Notes: generated by a model from the sequence alone, not told the origin. Positions 10,409 to 23,725 are shown, counted from the whole stretch's first letter. The stretch: DNA of 63,320 nucleotides, filler included, from Sphacelaria rigidula (GCA_964200075.2; 7 parts of 7 records of this genome joined end to end with filler, not necessarily neighbours in it), one strand, 5' to 3'. Program-made: numbers and translations.

Positions 10409-10624
10409 GCTCTGAAGGAGATGATTGCGTTCTCGCTCGAGGAACAGGCGAAAGGGGTGGATATATCCCAAGACGATATCCAGGATGTGGGAGGAGAAGG
10501 GCGTGCTCTGCTGGCCAGTTTGGACAACTTCGTGTCTCTCGCGCCTCCGGCTGATGTAAAAATGATCGAGGAGCTTGTTAACGATTCGTCGCAGCAACCC
10601 CCGAAGCGATATAATTTGTTCTAA
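10409..10624 (+). CDS. Uncharacterised protein, last exon
   Basis: acacag|GCT encoding ALKEMIAFSLEEQAKG...LLASLDNFVSLAPPADVKMIEELVND...YNLF-stop, in phase with the previous exon. Confidence 0.65.
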   Translation, partial: ALKEMIAFSLEEQAKGVDISQDDIQDVGGEGRALLASLDNFVSLAPPADVKMIEELVNDSSQQPPKRYNLF

Positions 10625-11450
10625 TTAATGAAATCCTGACGGAAGTCCGCATTGGACTACAGGTTTAGAATGTGTTTTTTGGTTGACATCTGGCGGGGAG
10701 TATGAGGTGGGCCACAGACAAAAGAGTGAAGTGGCGCGCAGCTTCCAGAGTAGAAAAACAAAGATATTCCTTGGTCGACGACTGACGTCACCCACAGCTC
10801 TGTGGGGCTTAGGGACTTTTGGATATGGATGACGTGTTGACTGATAATTTTCGGCATGATTTCTACACTTGTCACCAGCTTCTATTTTGTTTTTTGCCAG
10901 GGGAACGATATCCTATAATCGTAGCAGAAGGAGCGTCCTTGCTGCATCCGAAGTGGACTCGACAACGATGTATACCACGATAACCCAGGAGCACCACCTG
11001 GCTACGCATGGCCATGTCTTGAGTCGTCTCCAGAGGATCACATTTTCGCTCGCGCGCTCATCTTGGCGGTAGTGTTGTACCTTTAGACAGCATTGCGAAG
11101 AAGAAGGGTGAAGGAGCACTCGTTCCGACGTGTTCGTTGTTCATTTCCCAAGCATGCCCACGCAGGACGTGATGTCAACACCATCAGGGACGCCCTCAAG
11201 TTGGCGAGCATAGAGAACGACATCGAGACCCATGCACTCAGACTAGCCAAGATAGTGTGTGTCCAAAAGGTTCAGTTTTCGGAGCAAGGTGCGATACCTG
11301 CCACCGCCCCCAGGAATCGAGATATAGGTCACGAACACGGATGTAAAGCCCAACAGTTACCCATTTGCGACGTCTTGGCTTCCTGTGCTTTCGAGCCTTC
11401 AATCAATAATAATCTTATGTTTCGAAAGTTCACATGTGGGGTGCAGACTA

Positions 11451-11686
11451 TTAGTGTTCTCCCGCAAAGGGGTACGCCGCGTGGGATCTCCTTGCCGTTG
11501 CCCGACGCGGAACAAACTCAGGAAGTGCTGCACTGTCGAGGCAATCCAGCTTGCCTTTCTCTAGCATGGCCTGCACGTGGTTGTACCCCCTTTCCTGCAT
11601 GAACAACAAACCGTCCCGGTTCGTGAGCTTCAAGAATTTCCGCCGTCTTCTGACCATCACTTCGTCGTCCTTATGGTCGATGTACA
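11451..11686 (-). CDS. Patatin-like phospholipase, last exon
   Basis: ccgcag|TG TAC, phase 1 join, encoding VYIDHKDDEVMVRRRRKFLKLTNRDGLLFMQERGYNHV...stop. Confidence 0.75.
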
Positions 11687-11888
11687 CTGCGGACAACAAT
11701 TTTTAGACGGGAGGACGGAGGGGAAACGCCGGGGCACAGCTGTTGATAGCGTGAACTTGCGATCCTCTCGAGCGCTCTGGTGGGAATGGTAATCTCGAGA
11801 TGGGCACAGTACAACTCACGAACACTTCACCTTCCGTGTCATGACCCACAGACACATTTAGTCCAGTACAAAATCGACTGAGGCTCAC

Positions 11889-11953
11889 CGGTCGGTCTGT
11901 GTTGCCCGAGAGAGAGCGCTTCCCGACTAGCTCGGAAAGAACCGTCAACAAAC
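11889..11953 (-). CDS. Patatin-like phospholipase exon carrying the catalytic Asp (DGS)
   Basis: RFVDGSFRASREALSLGQHRPT, bounded by cgccag| and |gtgagc; phases 2 and 1 are consistent with neighbours. Confidence 0.8.
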
Positions 11954-12371
11954 CTGGCGTGACGTGCACCGGGGAGGTGGGGGGAGGTGGGGTCACAAAC
12001 AGCAACGCCGCACGCGGCGTCGTTGGGCGCAGTGTACAACATACTGGGTACGCCAAATGTGTCAGACGCGATCGAGGGATATTGCTACCGGGAACGACGA
12101 CGCACTGCCGCAGTTATACCGTACATGATCCACCATGCATGCATGGCTTTTGTAACACTCGACACATTTTTACTGCTAAACTTTCAACGGCCAGAACTGG
12201 CTGTTGCGAAGCAGCATCGGTAACTGGAGCAAAGTTTCGATATTTACTTCATACGCGTCCACCATCGCACCAAACGACACATGTTCAGATTTCGATGTGC
12301 AAAAGTGCGCAATCGTCTTCGTCCCCCCGCCGGAGACACGACTTGCACAACACGCGAAGCACTCGAATCAC

Positions 12372-12517
12372 CTGCTGCCCCGATGCCGCGCGGTAAATTT
12401 CTTGTTCATGAAGTACGGGATGTGCACGGAAGCCATGCAGGTCTTGATCAGATCCTCTTTACTTGAGAAGTCAGATACAGCCAGACGCCTGCCGAATTGA
12501 GGCCACATACCCAAGAC
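12372..12517 (-). CDS. Patatin-like phospholipase exon
   Basis: VLGMWPQFGRRLAVSDFSSKEDLIKTCMASVHIPYFMNKK matches the PNPLA S.F.SK.DLI.A..AS..IP motif. Confidence 0.88.
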
Positions 12518-12884
12518 CTGGAAGCAGTGTTTATGCGTCCACGAGTTGAAGTCGTGAAATGCTTGGCCCCACATCATATTATTTCGCAAGTTACAAAAAC
12601 GCAAGTGCCTCGATAATGTTGTCAATGAGCACGCTAGATCCCCGTCTCATACAAAGATTCACACGTACGCCAATCATTCGTATACAGTGCCTGGACGCTT
12701 GACACAGCGCGTAAGATACCACATGTTATCGTCGATACACTGTCGATCAATGCCTACGGCATCTGATCTTCAGGGGTGATTGCTATCTACTCTTCTTTTA
12801 GCGTGCCGCGCCTGTGCTAATTTTTTCTGGATCCTTATTTGATATTTCTTGGATCTCATCATACCTTGTTCTGGGTAGTTGGCC

Positions 12885-12992
12885 TCTCATCACGGGAGGC
12901 GTCCGCATCAGACGCTCAGTGTGGATGTTGGAAGATACTGAGCACAGAGATCGGAACGGTTTTTAATGTGAAGAAAGCAGCAACAACAACAA
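12885..12992 (+). mobile_element. (CAA)n-tailed retroposon 3' fragment
   Basis: CACGGGAGGCGTCCGCAT...ATCGGAACGGTTTTTAATGT followed by (CAA)n. A second copy lies on the minus strand at 23297-23420. Confidence 0.55.
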
Positions 12993-13265
12993 GTACAACA
13001 CAAAGTGATGTTCACGATCACAAATGGAGAAGAAAAAAGAGAGAGGGACGCCGTTTAGGCAGCTGATGTATGTGCAAGTACGCCGCTCGATATTTTAGTG
13101 CTGTGTGTGGTGTTGGGGAAGGGGGGTGCCTGTGCTGGGACATCTAACGCCGTGTCGAAACAACCGACGGAGTGCCCTCCAGGATATCTACCGTTACACC
13201 CAATACACGTACAACCCAGGATGCATTTGAACCCCCTCCCAAAGGCCGGCCATGAACCCACCCAC

Positions 13266-13382
13266 CAACAGATGTACGCGGTTGAGACAAATTTTGTCAG
13301 CGTCTGCGGGCAGAAGTTCGTCCAGCCAGTCCTCCACCATAGCGCCCCACACACCAGCTAGCCCAAGTGGCCGCGACCAGAT
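13266..13382 (-). CDS. Patatin-like phospholipase exon
   Basis: IWSRPLGLAGVWGAMVEDWLDELLPADADKICLNRVHLL, 39 codons, bounded by tttcag| and |gtgggt. Confidence 0.85.
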
Positions 13383-15904
13383 CTGAAACGAAACAAAGCG
13401 AGCAGCGAGAGGAAAAGGTGTACAGCAGAGCAAGACGTACACAACTTCGACGTTAACGGGTTGCCGCTCGGACGGTTTGACGTCTATATTGAGATTCACG
13501 CAGCTGTGTCTAATCTGAGAAGGCTGTAATCCTTTGTCGTGAACAATTGAAGTAGTGCTCCCAGTAAAAAATCGAAGCCGGTTAGTGAACCAGCGCAAAA
13601 CTAGTCCGCTGGAAAGAAGCAAATCCATGGGAAGCTACGCCTTACTTTTTGAAAAGACCAAAGGAATATCGCTCGAGAGACGAACCTAGCAATCCGTCAT
13701 AACGCAAGGAACAGCCAAACTGTAGCCACACACAGACCATAAGCATGGTTCTGCGACCTCGAAGGGCTGCTACCTCGCTAAGGGGGAACAGGAAATGCGC
13801 TAGCACCCCACTAGCACCTTGAGCACAGCTCATAAACCAGACGTAACTTGAACCTGTACAGTTGAATGACAAGTGCCAGGGGTTAGAGAAAATGTGTACC
13901 ATGTACTATTTATTGTAACGTTCGAATTGTACAGCATTCACTGCTGACTGCGCGGGGGAAAAAACAGTCTCAACTTTTTTCACAGCGCAGCGCCCGCTGA
14001 GGACCCCTGACAACATGGACATGAACAGCGTCTATCTGCTGATATATTAACCCACATCGTGGAAGCATTCATTCATCTCGTGAAGCTGCTGTGCGCGCTC
14101 CAGCAATAACGGCAGTGCAAGAGTCACTGTCAAGACTACTCAGAAACGAACTCTTCGAAGGAAATGGGGATAATATATCATCAGTACCTTCTGGCCAACA
14201 TCTAACGGGGAGGGAACAAAACACCTGAGGACGGGAGAGAGGAAGGGAAATATCTAGGTGGCCCTCTAGATTCGGCCCCGGGCGAGTCCTGGGCCCCAAA
14301 TAATGTGCGTTGATGGCGGTTCGCGTTCCGTATGCACAACGACAGCAGTTTCTCACGATGAGGACAAACAAATACTCCAGGATTTGATCGGGAAGGCGGT
14401 GAGAGCTTGGGGTACGCGAGAGGTTGGGAGCAAAGAGCTGTTGCCAAGAGCTGCAAGGTTCTCCGATAGCTGCGGCGTTGGGAGAGTTGGTTCGATATGG
14501 CCGTGTGTACACTTTTTTTTTTTGCGTGATTGACTGTTCGCCTTGCAGTCACTGATCTGCTCCGAATCCAGTCATTAGTCATGAGACAGACGTGGCTTGT
14601 GAAACACCTGGAGCTAACCGTCGCCGAAGCAATTCGAGAAATATAAATAGAGAAAACCGAGAGGGGGGAACACACATGATAAAGAGACGCCACGCTGAGA
14701 ACGAGGAACGACCCCGAGAAAATTCCCGACTGGTCTCTGCGAGGCTTCGGACGGGATGCCGTACAAGAAGCAAGGCCGTGGGAGCATGTTGCGAATCAGC
14801 TACATGGGGATCGCACGATTTGGGTGGGAACTCTCAGTCACGAGCTCTGAACAAAGGACACGCTAACGCTACTGCAGCAAACGGGGGGGGGAAACGAGAG
14901 AGAACAAAAAGCTACGCGCTCATACATCGCTGTCGCTCTACTACTGACTGGCACCGGGCTACAAGAGGTTCTTGATGTTCTCATAGGTGGGAGTCCTTTT
15001 CCGGTGTCGTCGTGGCGGAGAGCAGATTAGCAAGAGAGCTTCGAAAGCGGCTTTGAAAGCGGGCCTTCTGTATCACGAGCAGAGCAGTGGCGTTTGCAAG
15101 ACCCCCAAAATAACCTGAAAATATTTCACTTCGAGCTCCGAAGCAGCAATGATATGATGTGCACAACATACGTAGCGGTACAGTGCTGCATCGGTGTTTA
15201 CCCAGGTACCATTCAAGGCCGCCGCGCCCCGGTGGTGTAACGGTACATTCAGCATTTTCAGGGTGGAAAGAACATGAGTAGCATTGAACAGTTTTCTCGG
15301 CTGAGCTTGCTTGGCAAGAGCCGATGCGGTGCGGCAGTGTGGGTCATGATCCACTCCGCGAGACCGAAATGCAAGGCGTGCACTGGGGAAGAGATGGGTC
15401 TATCCCTTGAGACTAGTAGACCACTGAGTCGTCCCGAGGGAGGGAAGGGTTAAAAGTGAGAATCGAGTAACTTCATTACCCTACATTTAAGCAAGGGCCG
15501 AACGAATTTAATAATTCGTCTGGAGATTAATCGATTTTAGGGTAATTGATTCGTACCGTATGAATCAATCCTTAGGCTTTGTTGTCACCGTTGCAACCCA
15601 GGTGCGCGCAGCCCAGGCACGTAAAATGGCGCAAACATTGCGTGGAGAATTCCTTAACCAGGGGTCAACTTTTCTTCATCTCTTTCGAGCAATCAGGCCT
15701 GAAAAATTGTGGATTTGGTTACTTGAACCGGCGATGATTCGTCCGGGCCGTGCAATCAAAGACAGCACCGAAGGTTGACGTCTAACTTGCGTGCAGGATT
15801 GCGAGGTACACTCATAGTATCTCTTAAACAGATCATTTCACATAGTGTACCGGCTGTTTGTCCACGCTAGCCGCTCTTTCGAGAAGTGCTGCTGAGGTCG
15901 ATAC

Positions 15905-16066
15905 CTCATTTTCGTCACACAAGTTCAGCGCGAGGGTCATGGCCAGCTCCATATCTGCGTCACAAGCTGCGAGCGTAGCAGCCAAGGCCCCCGCCGAGGC
16001 TCCGACCATATCCAAGGACGACATATCGTACCGTTCCTGAAGTGCCGTGATGGCCCCCGCCTGCCA
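15905..16066 (-). CDS. Patatin-like phospholipase exon with the GxSxG nucleophile motif; upstream exons not identified
   Basis: WQAGAITALQERYDMSSLDMVGASAGALAATLAAC contains GASAG. Bounded by gtgcag| and |gtatcg. Confidence 0.9.
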
Positions 16067-18020
16067 CTGCACAGAACGATCGACGCATGACAGGATTGGT
16101 GGAAGGATCAAAATGTAGTATCTCCAGGGTACTCTGCAGTCCAGAATACCGAGCGATGTTTTGTCACACCGTAGGATCAGGGCTAGTTCTAGCAGCCACC
16201 GTTATTTCGTGTATGAATAGTTATTTTAGAAGCCTGCCGGACAAACACGTAGCTCCGCGAATAATGGAATCCAACGCTTTGAAAAAATCGTCAACTATTT
16301 TTCACCACTTGCCTATGCTGATCACAAGGCATTTCAAGGCTGTCTGTCGTGTTGGTGGGCAATATTTGCTGGGTGCATGTACTCCAATATCAGGTCACAC
16401 GCACAAACTACGAAGCGAGAAGACAGCACCATCCCGAAGCACGAACCATGAGTGTTGCGGCATACAAAAATGGTCCCCGTAAGAGGCGCAAGATTCTTTC
16501 ACCGCTACTGTTCTCGGGGTGGTCCATGAGTAGATACTCATCATCGCGTAGTCACCTAAAATCTGGGAGCAAAGTGAACACGATGGCGTGGCCCCAATCG
16601 GTCGGCGATGCTGTGTTCTCATCAGTCGAAAAAAGATACCAAGGCCCTTTAATTCAATATGCGACGAGTTTTTTCGCGGGGAAGTGGTTCCAGCGAATGT
16701 TGTGCGCCCAATGGGTCACCAGAGTTTTTCTCCAGTATCTTGTGGCGACCCCCCCCTTGACCCCCCCCCAGCCGACCCCAACAGCTAATGGAGATGGAGG
16801 CACCCCAGCCTGTCAGGTGATTTGGCAGGTGCTGTATTGTTGGAGGCCCGTGTGGCTTGTCAAGCAGCACCATCGGCAGCAGCATCAGAGAGGCCGTCTG
16901 GAACTTGCGCCAATGCCTACCATACCTTGTAATCTAGTCCACTTTCGAGTAAATTGCTGCCAGCAATCCTGTTTCTCGTAAGACACTGAACGAACGAACC
17001 TTGTCATCGGGATGTAGATTTTCTCCCTCTATTTTATATTTTTCAGATGTGCAGTCAGCCAAAATTCCGATTTTTTTGTGTAGTCGTGCCGCTGTGCCAT
17101 AACCTGCATCGTTTCCACCCACAACTCTTCTCGCACACAACGACGATTGGAGTAAACTTCAACACAAAATGCACCGAGACACAGACTGGATAAATATAGT
17201 TAGTCCTGGGCCATGGGCTCGACCGTGGCGGTCCTTCTGCTGTCGTTGGTGGCGGGAGTTGTCACTCGAATCCCCTCATTACGAGCAGCAGCTTTCACTC
17301 CCGTCATCACAGGGGGCAGCATGACAGCCACCGTCCACTCCATGCTCAAAACCTTGTTGAGAATATTCGACCAGGGCACGAACGACGTGAAAGCTCAACC
17401 TGTCTTTGTATGGAACAGCATAACGGCCGCGGTCCACTCCATACCGTGAGACTTGATCTGCTGCTCCAGTATGTATATCAGTACGTTGGATGAGAGAGCT
17501 GACTCCACTCGTCGGTTTGCGTGAGGAGCTGTGGGCTAAGACGATATCGATTATGTCACAGTGGCCTTGAGATCCAATAAATGCCACATGGGTTGATCAT
17601 TTTCTGGAAAAAAATATAATCGAGGCCGCTTCTTACAATGCAAGGTAACAATCTGCCGAAGAAAAATCGGGCGGCGACCTGTCCCCCGACAACTTTTTTC
17701 GACATCAAAAAATTCCCAAACTGTATCCTACAACTCTGGGGGAAGCACTTGGGTAGGTTCTTTACACCCTGGAGTAGGGGGAATTCCGAGCAACCCGGGA
17801 ATTCAGGGCACTCCGGGGTACGGACCTTACCCTTAGCGCTATTGGAACTTTTCTCCCACAAAAGGGTGACAAGAAATGTTTTCAGGAAACCCACTGGCAA
17901 AAACTCTGGATTATTTTCTGGGCTGGATTTCAGACTAAAACAAGCACCCTGGGGTGAAAAATTGACACTAGTCGGAAAGCCAGACACAAGACACGGCAGC
18001 GGGAAGAAACAGGGCACTGG

Positions 18021-18120
18021 NNNNNNNNNNNNNNNNNNNNNNNNNNNNNNNNNNNNNNNNNNNNTTAATTAATTAANNNNNNNNNNNNNNNNNNNNNNNN
18101 NNNNNNNNNNNNNNNNNNNN
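18021..18120. other. Artificial contig linker
   Basis: N44-TTAATTAATTAA-N44. Confidence 0.98.
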
Positions 18121-18520
18121 CGCCTACTGACCACCTTGGATTTGGATGATAGCCTACAATGAGTTGCTTCATTTTCTGGTGTCGCCACTTCCAGAGACAG
18201 CCACGGCTTATACACTGCCTCGTGGGTATCTGACCATGTAAAACCCACGTAGTACGACTATCCCCATTGTGCGGAGTTGAGGTTTTCCCACGCCGCACAT
18301 CATGATCTAGCTCGACCACCATCATGGTAACCGAAAAAAAAAAAGCGCAGGCGCGCAAAACAAATCGTTAACTTGGTTGCCTCGCTTACGTAGTAAGTGG
18401 CGTGTTTTATAGCGCCATAGCCAAACGACGCCAACCCCATCGAGGGTCCGCCCCTACAAAGCCGGGACGGAGCACGCCGGGTTTTCGCCGGAGATTGCAC
18501 CGGGGGGGGGGGGGGGGGGG
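18121..18520 (-). mobile_element. Poly(C)-associated element subfamily B, internal part
   Basis: Homologous to 1428-1740. Its 5' side abuts a long C-run (G-run at about 18502-18520 on plus). The contig ends inside it. Confidence 0.7.
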
Positions 18521-20085
18521 AGGGTAGACAAGTAGCCCAAGCATAAAATGTCGGACGTGTCGTTCGGGTAGGAAAAAGGTGCAGACAAGAATGCTGGATG
18601 ACTTGGCAACAAAAGAACCAAAGTGAAAAGAGCGCGCGTGGAGTGGAGGGGGGAGGGGTTGACAGTAATGTTTACTAGTATCACAAGATAGGCGGAATCT
18701 CTCCTGCACATTTCTGCATAAACAGTGAGACTCTGAATGCTCCAATGGTACATAGTTGCGACACGTACATGTCATAATCCACATATGGATCGATCGTCAT
18801 GTGTGTACTCGGACCCTGGTGCTTGTTGCTACTACATCAAGAGCTCGCACTATCCCCTCTAGTATATAAGGGGTCATGTTCTTGTGTAATCTACATACGT
18901 CATGTTTATGTAGGTGGCGGCAGATAAATGAGAAGGCGGGAAAAGAGATATAAGCCGCAGGGGCCTGTACATGGAGTGGAGAAGCACTTGTGGAGAAGCA
19001 CTTGTGAAATAACTATAAACGAAAACAGAGCGACTTGAGTGTTCACAATTTCTCGTCGAAAGAGTGTGTGTCCACGCTTCTCCCCTTTCCACACCCCCAT
19101 CTTTCGTCGATCATTACATGGCGGGGCTTCAACTACTCTCCCTGATGTGTACAGATGGAGAAAACAAGAACTTTGACAAGTGAAGATAAGCCGCGTGAGA
19201 GCGAAACGTACTTTCCGATGATGGGGAAAAGGTTGCACACGACAGCATTGTATTGTACACCCGTGAATGGATAATGACCGGCAGCCATATAGTCGACAGC
19301 GTACAGTGACCCACTGGACGGAGTTTTGTTTATTGTAAAGTTGTCGCGTGTTACTTGAACCAACTAGTCTACAATATTGCCATCATTTACAGGTCAGGCT
19401 TTCAGCTGTGAAGGGTATCCATCATATGTAAGAAGCATGTGTGTACTAAACGCCGACCAAACGGCGTTACATGCATCTCCTCAACAAATTGCACACCAAA
19501 AACACCTCGCACCCGACGGTAAACCACGCCTTCTGCCAACGGAGTGGTACTGTTACGCCAGGCCTGGTGGTGTATCGTCTCACGACCTCATCATTTTCAT
19601 CGCTCGACAGAGATCAAATCTTTCAACCAAGTGTTGTTTCTTGTCAGACACATCGAACTTCGTTCCGACAAATATTTAACATACTGCCATACATGTGAAC
19701 CCTTAGGGCTATTGTACGAGCCGTTTGAGATCTCACACTGCAGGAATCACTTGCCTACAAAAAACAATTTCACCAACTCGTGCATTGTCATCTTCGATTG
19801 ATTGATTTTTCCTTTTAATTGCCGCACATTTGATGCGGATTGGGCTCAATTAGACTGATGGATCACGACCCACCTGCTAGGCAGCCTCTGAAATAAAGTT
19901 ACACAGATTTGCTCAAAGTAGGCACTGTACTTACAGTAGTGGTGCATTTGCCGGGCCGGCATGATCAATTACTTTGCCTTAGGGATCGGCACAGTGTTGT
20001 ATTTTGTAGTCCAATGAATCTGAAAGCATTGTGGGTCGGACTGGTCAGGAGCGCTTGCTTTCACCGTACTGTACTGGACTCGTAC

Positions 20086-20285
20086 CTGAGGAAGTCCATC
20101 GACGAGGATTGGCACGAGAAAACAAGGTCTGTCCTGAATTTGGTGGACGGGAACACGAAGAAATTGAAGGGCCGAGCCTCCAGGCCACTGCCACCATTTT
20201 CTCCGTCTCTGAAGCGGAAGCAGCAGACGCCGTACTGGGTCACCATGAAGGAGGACGTCGAAGAGCGGCCGCGAGCGTAACGCGT
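20086..20285 (-). CDS. PARN: Poly(A)-specific ribonuclease PARN (CAF1/DEDD family), exon 3
   Basis: TRYARGRSSTSSFMVTQYGVCCFRF...ARPFNFFVFP...DLVFSCQSSSMDFL matches the PARN QFG.C.F, FNF.VFP and F.CQSSS.DFL motifs. Confidence 0.88.
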
Positions 20286-20943
20286 CTGCTCTCTCCCGGG
20301 GCGGCGAGTGACCAACGGGACATGTGTTTTGTTTGAAACTTGAAGGAGAAAATGATGCGGTCACGTACAGCACAGTCAGTGCAAAACAGTCAGTGCAGCC
20401 CATGACTATTATTTGAGACACGTTCGGTTTGTCTTTTTCTTTTGTCCATCTAGGACAAGTTCTTCCAGGGCTTTGGTTTGTCATTCGCTCGTGCATGATG
20501 TTGGGGGGGGGGGGGATATATACTGTAGGGCTGAGGACATGCAATGAAAATGTAGAGTAAGCGCTCGCCATATGATGAGAGTAAAAACCTTGATTATTAT
20601 CGCACGGTAGTACAGTAAAGTAGGTATGGTACATAGAGAAAATACGGTGCGCACCGCACATCGGACTGCGGTATAGGATCTTGAATATACCTGATGGCTC
20701 GCCACTAGGTTGGATACCCATATATCGATGAGTATTGTTAATTGTTGACCAAAACTTTAGATGGCCTCATATGCGCTCAGATTCGGGGAAAACCGTTCTC
20801 AAATCGTGACATACCGATTTTGAGCTTCCCCGATTTGGGCCAGATTGGGGTCCATTCAAGGCGTATCCGGATCTGAGGTCCCCCTATCTGCGTACAGATC
20901 CGTTTTTGTGACTGCCATTTAAGATGGTGGTCTAAAAAATGAA

Positions 20944-21040
20944 CCCTTAGACCGCGAAATTAGTCTTTTGGATCATGCATACTCTTCTTCACTTGGAATT
21001 GATGCCGATTCAATAGAAGATCAACCTTGTGGTCTAAGGG
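20944..21040. mobile_element. piggyBac-like MITE
   Basis: CCCTTAGACC...GGTCTAAGGG|TTAA, homologous to 25034-25131. Confidence 0.7.
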
Positions 21041-22484
21041 TTAAATGAAAATTACAGTAAAATATACCAGGAATCTCGAGTTGGAGATACCTCTAGTATG
21101 CTGTCGTGACCCCTTGGCGGGCATACTCAGTACACCGAATGATCCATCATGCTTTTGGGTATATGCATTCAATAATACACCGAGACCCGTTGGAATCCTC
21201 AACTATTCCAATAAAGGAATCCTTCGTATGTGCACTTGCACAACGCGGCGAGACATTTCTCCGCGGGAGCCGTAACTTATTAGAGGTACGAGTATCTCAA
21301 ACTCGGCTCCCGATATCCTGGTTTGTTTTGTTCTACTTTCTCAAGTGAAAGTGGTGGCGACTCATCAGGTGATGAGACCCTTTGACCGCCAGATCAGGTC
21401 CTCCTATGAATCGCGACCACTTTCACTTGCAAAAATAGTACACAACTCAGAGCTAGCGAGTGAACCAGGATACCGTGAGCCGAGTTCGAGAACACCTCTA
21501 TTATTCTTGCTGTAGGGATAGTACAGTCAACAGGCCTTCGAGAACAAGTATCAAGACATATTGAAAGATGAGCAGGTTTGTGATAGTTGGGTATCCAAAT
21601 ATATTGCCACTAACAACGTGCTAAATGGCAGCATTATCGATATCCATTTCCCGTCACTCTTCCAACGCGTTCCCTTCGTGGAGACGAATCCGCGGTCTCA
21701 AGGGATCAACCCGTCTCTCCCCAGTACACGCCTTGCATTCTGGTCTCGCCGAATCGATCAACACTCCCGCACCGCATCAACTCGCGTGAAACCAACTGAG
21801 TCAAACTCTTTTTGCCTACTCACATCCTCATGCTGTCAGCGGTGGAAACTAGAAACCAGAAACCAAATACCTGACAAAGAATAGAAACACCCAGCCAAAC
21901 CCTCCTGGCTGAAGTCGAGCCTGCGTTCTCTCCACCCTAATGGTGTTAGTTGGACCATTAGACTGGGCGCGGCATATCATCGTGATAACACCACAAGTTG
22001 CTGCGTCTTGAATTATCAAAATACTACTATTATAGTATCTGCCGATCAATAGCTCTGTTGAAGAGCCTATCGATGCGAGTGCTTGTCACGGCTGCCTAAT
22101 GATTTGGGACGTCCATATCGACAACATATCGTGTGTTCAATAGTTGGTCGAGGGCGACTGGTCGAGGGCGACTATGGACAGTCATTTGTGGTCACCAAAT
22201 GCTCCAGAATGTGCCATCTACAGGTACTAACGCGCGCGATAGGGCAGTCTTTGCAATAGGAACCTATCACTAGCACAAATGGCTTTAACTTGCTGTCAAA
22301 GGTGTGGTACGGACAGCACAATGACAACAGTAGATTGGTACACCAGCAGCAGTGCAGTGGTGCTTTTTCCTTCAACATCTCTTTTGTGTTGCTTCGTCGG
22401 CACGAACCCAGGCGTGTTCTTACGGTTGAGTGCCATACTCCTAAACCGGCATTGAAATAGGGCCCGCTGTAATCAACAATTCAC

Positions 22485-22534
22485 CTGAATACTGTCCAGG
22501 GATCGATCCTTGGGCGCATCTGCAAGTTGTAGAC
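22485..22534 (-). CDS. PARN: PARN exon 2
   Basis: ttgcag|GT CTA...CAG|gtgaat encoding GLQLADAPKDRSLDSIQ. It bridges the phases of exons 1 and 3. Confidence 0.75.
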
Positions 22535-22899
22535 CTGCAACAGGGGTGAAGGGGACAAATGGGCACAAACGAGGAGGAGAGGAACAACACGGTCCACGAC
22601 GAACATGATTCAAATTTTGAACTGTCTCGGCGTGAGTATGCCCTGGTTCTTTGATTTTGGCGGCTCGTCCATTTGACACGGGTACAGCTAGTCTACATGT
22701 CAGCAACAAGATCACCAACGAGCACAGAGCATCTAGGCGCGACGAACGGGAAACCAGCGTGCGACCAAAACTGTTATGGTCACGTGTGACTTCACTCTTC
22801 GGTTGAACCGCGATACAACAGAATGCACGTCCTAGCTGTCATACGGCTGACCATGCCACAAGAACTGGATATGCACGCGCCAACTGCTTGCTGCTATAC

Positions 22900-22996
22900 C
22901 TGTAAACTCGCAATCAATGGCGACGAAGTGCGACGTCCGTATCGCCTCGCGTATAGTTGAAAATGATTCCTCGAAATTCTCTTTCGTAATATTCAT
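22900..22996 (-). CDS. PARN: PARN exon 1
   Basis: MNITKENFEESFSTIREAIRTSHFVAIDCEFTG contains the DEDD motif I (D.E). Donor g|gtatag. Confidence 0.9.
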
Positions 22997-23296
22997 GTTG
23001 TTGTCGCTGTCATATAGTGTAACGCAGGAGCTGCTGCCCGTGACGGCAGCCAAGCACTGGATTGCAGTCTTGCTGCGGGGGAATTACCACAATAATTGAT
23101 AAAATTCCTTGGTCAGACCCGTGGGTCACAAGTCCATTGGTCCTATTACGGGCATTTGCACGGGAGTGGGAAATTTCCTGTTCTTGAGGATAAAAAAATC
23201 ATGATGTTTTATTTATTCAAATATCAAAAATGTAGGTGTATAGTACAAAGAATCGTGAAAACTTGCAACTTCCCTACGAGTGCATGATAAGCAAAT

Positions 23297-23327
<31 letters not shown>

Positions 23328-23420
23328 CTGTTGTCTTTACATTAAAAACCGTTCCGATATCTGCGCGGTACATTAGTACTGGGCATCTTATGCGGACGCC
23401 TTCCGTGGTCACAGGCTAGC
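23297..23420 (-). mobile_element. (CAA)n-tailed retroposon 3' fragment
   Basis: Homologous to 12885-12992, with a (GTT)n tract on the plus strand. Confidence 0.55.
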
Positions 23421-23725
23421 AGTGGTGGGAAATAATATGGTTTGTTTACCATAATCTATTTTGGTTCAATCCCATAGTCATATTCCATCCGCGTACCCTT
23501 CTGCGCAGCTCGGCATGCTGTCGCGCGCCATGGACGGTAAACAGTTTTATCTGCGGTAGCTACATATGCGGTGCTACACTATTGGAAGTTCCGAACCAAT
23601 AATATTTCCCTGAAGTCAGCGGAGAAAGCTAGTCGGGCACAACATCTAGGACTCGAATTTTTCAAACCCGACAGCACCAAGTTGCCGTTTCGTGGGCGAG
23701 AACCATCACCCAGTGAGACGAACAG

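Noticed and set aside
17200-17460. Minus-strand frame with an in-frame TGA (FHTKTG*AFTSF) and a duplicated MEWT.AVML motif; possible selenoprotein
   Set aside because: No recognisable selenoprotein motif or SECIS. The TGA overlaps a plausible splice donor (acag|gttgag), and coding status is unsupported.
19969-20721. 250-aa minus-strand ORF
   Set aside because: It overlaps the real PARN exon in a different frame plus intron, and has no protein signal of its own.
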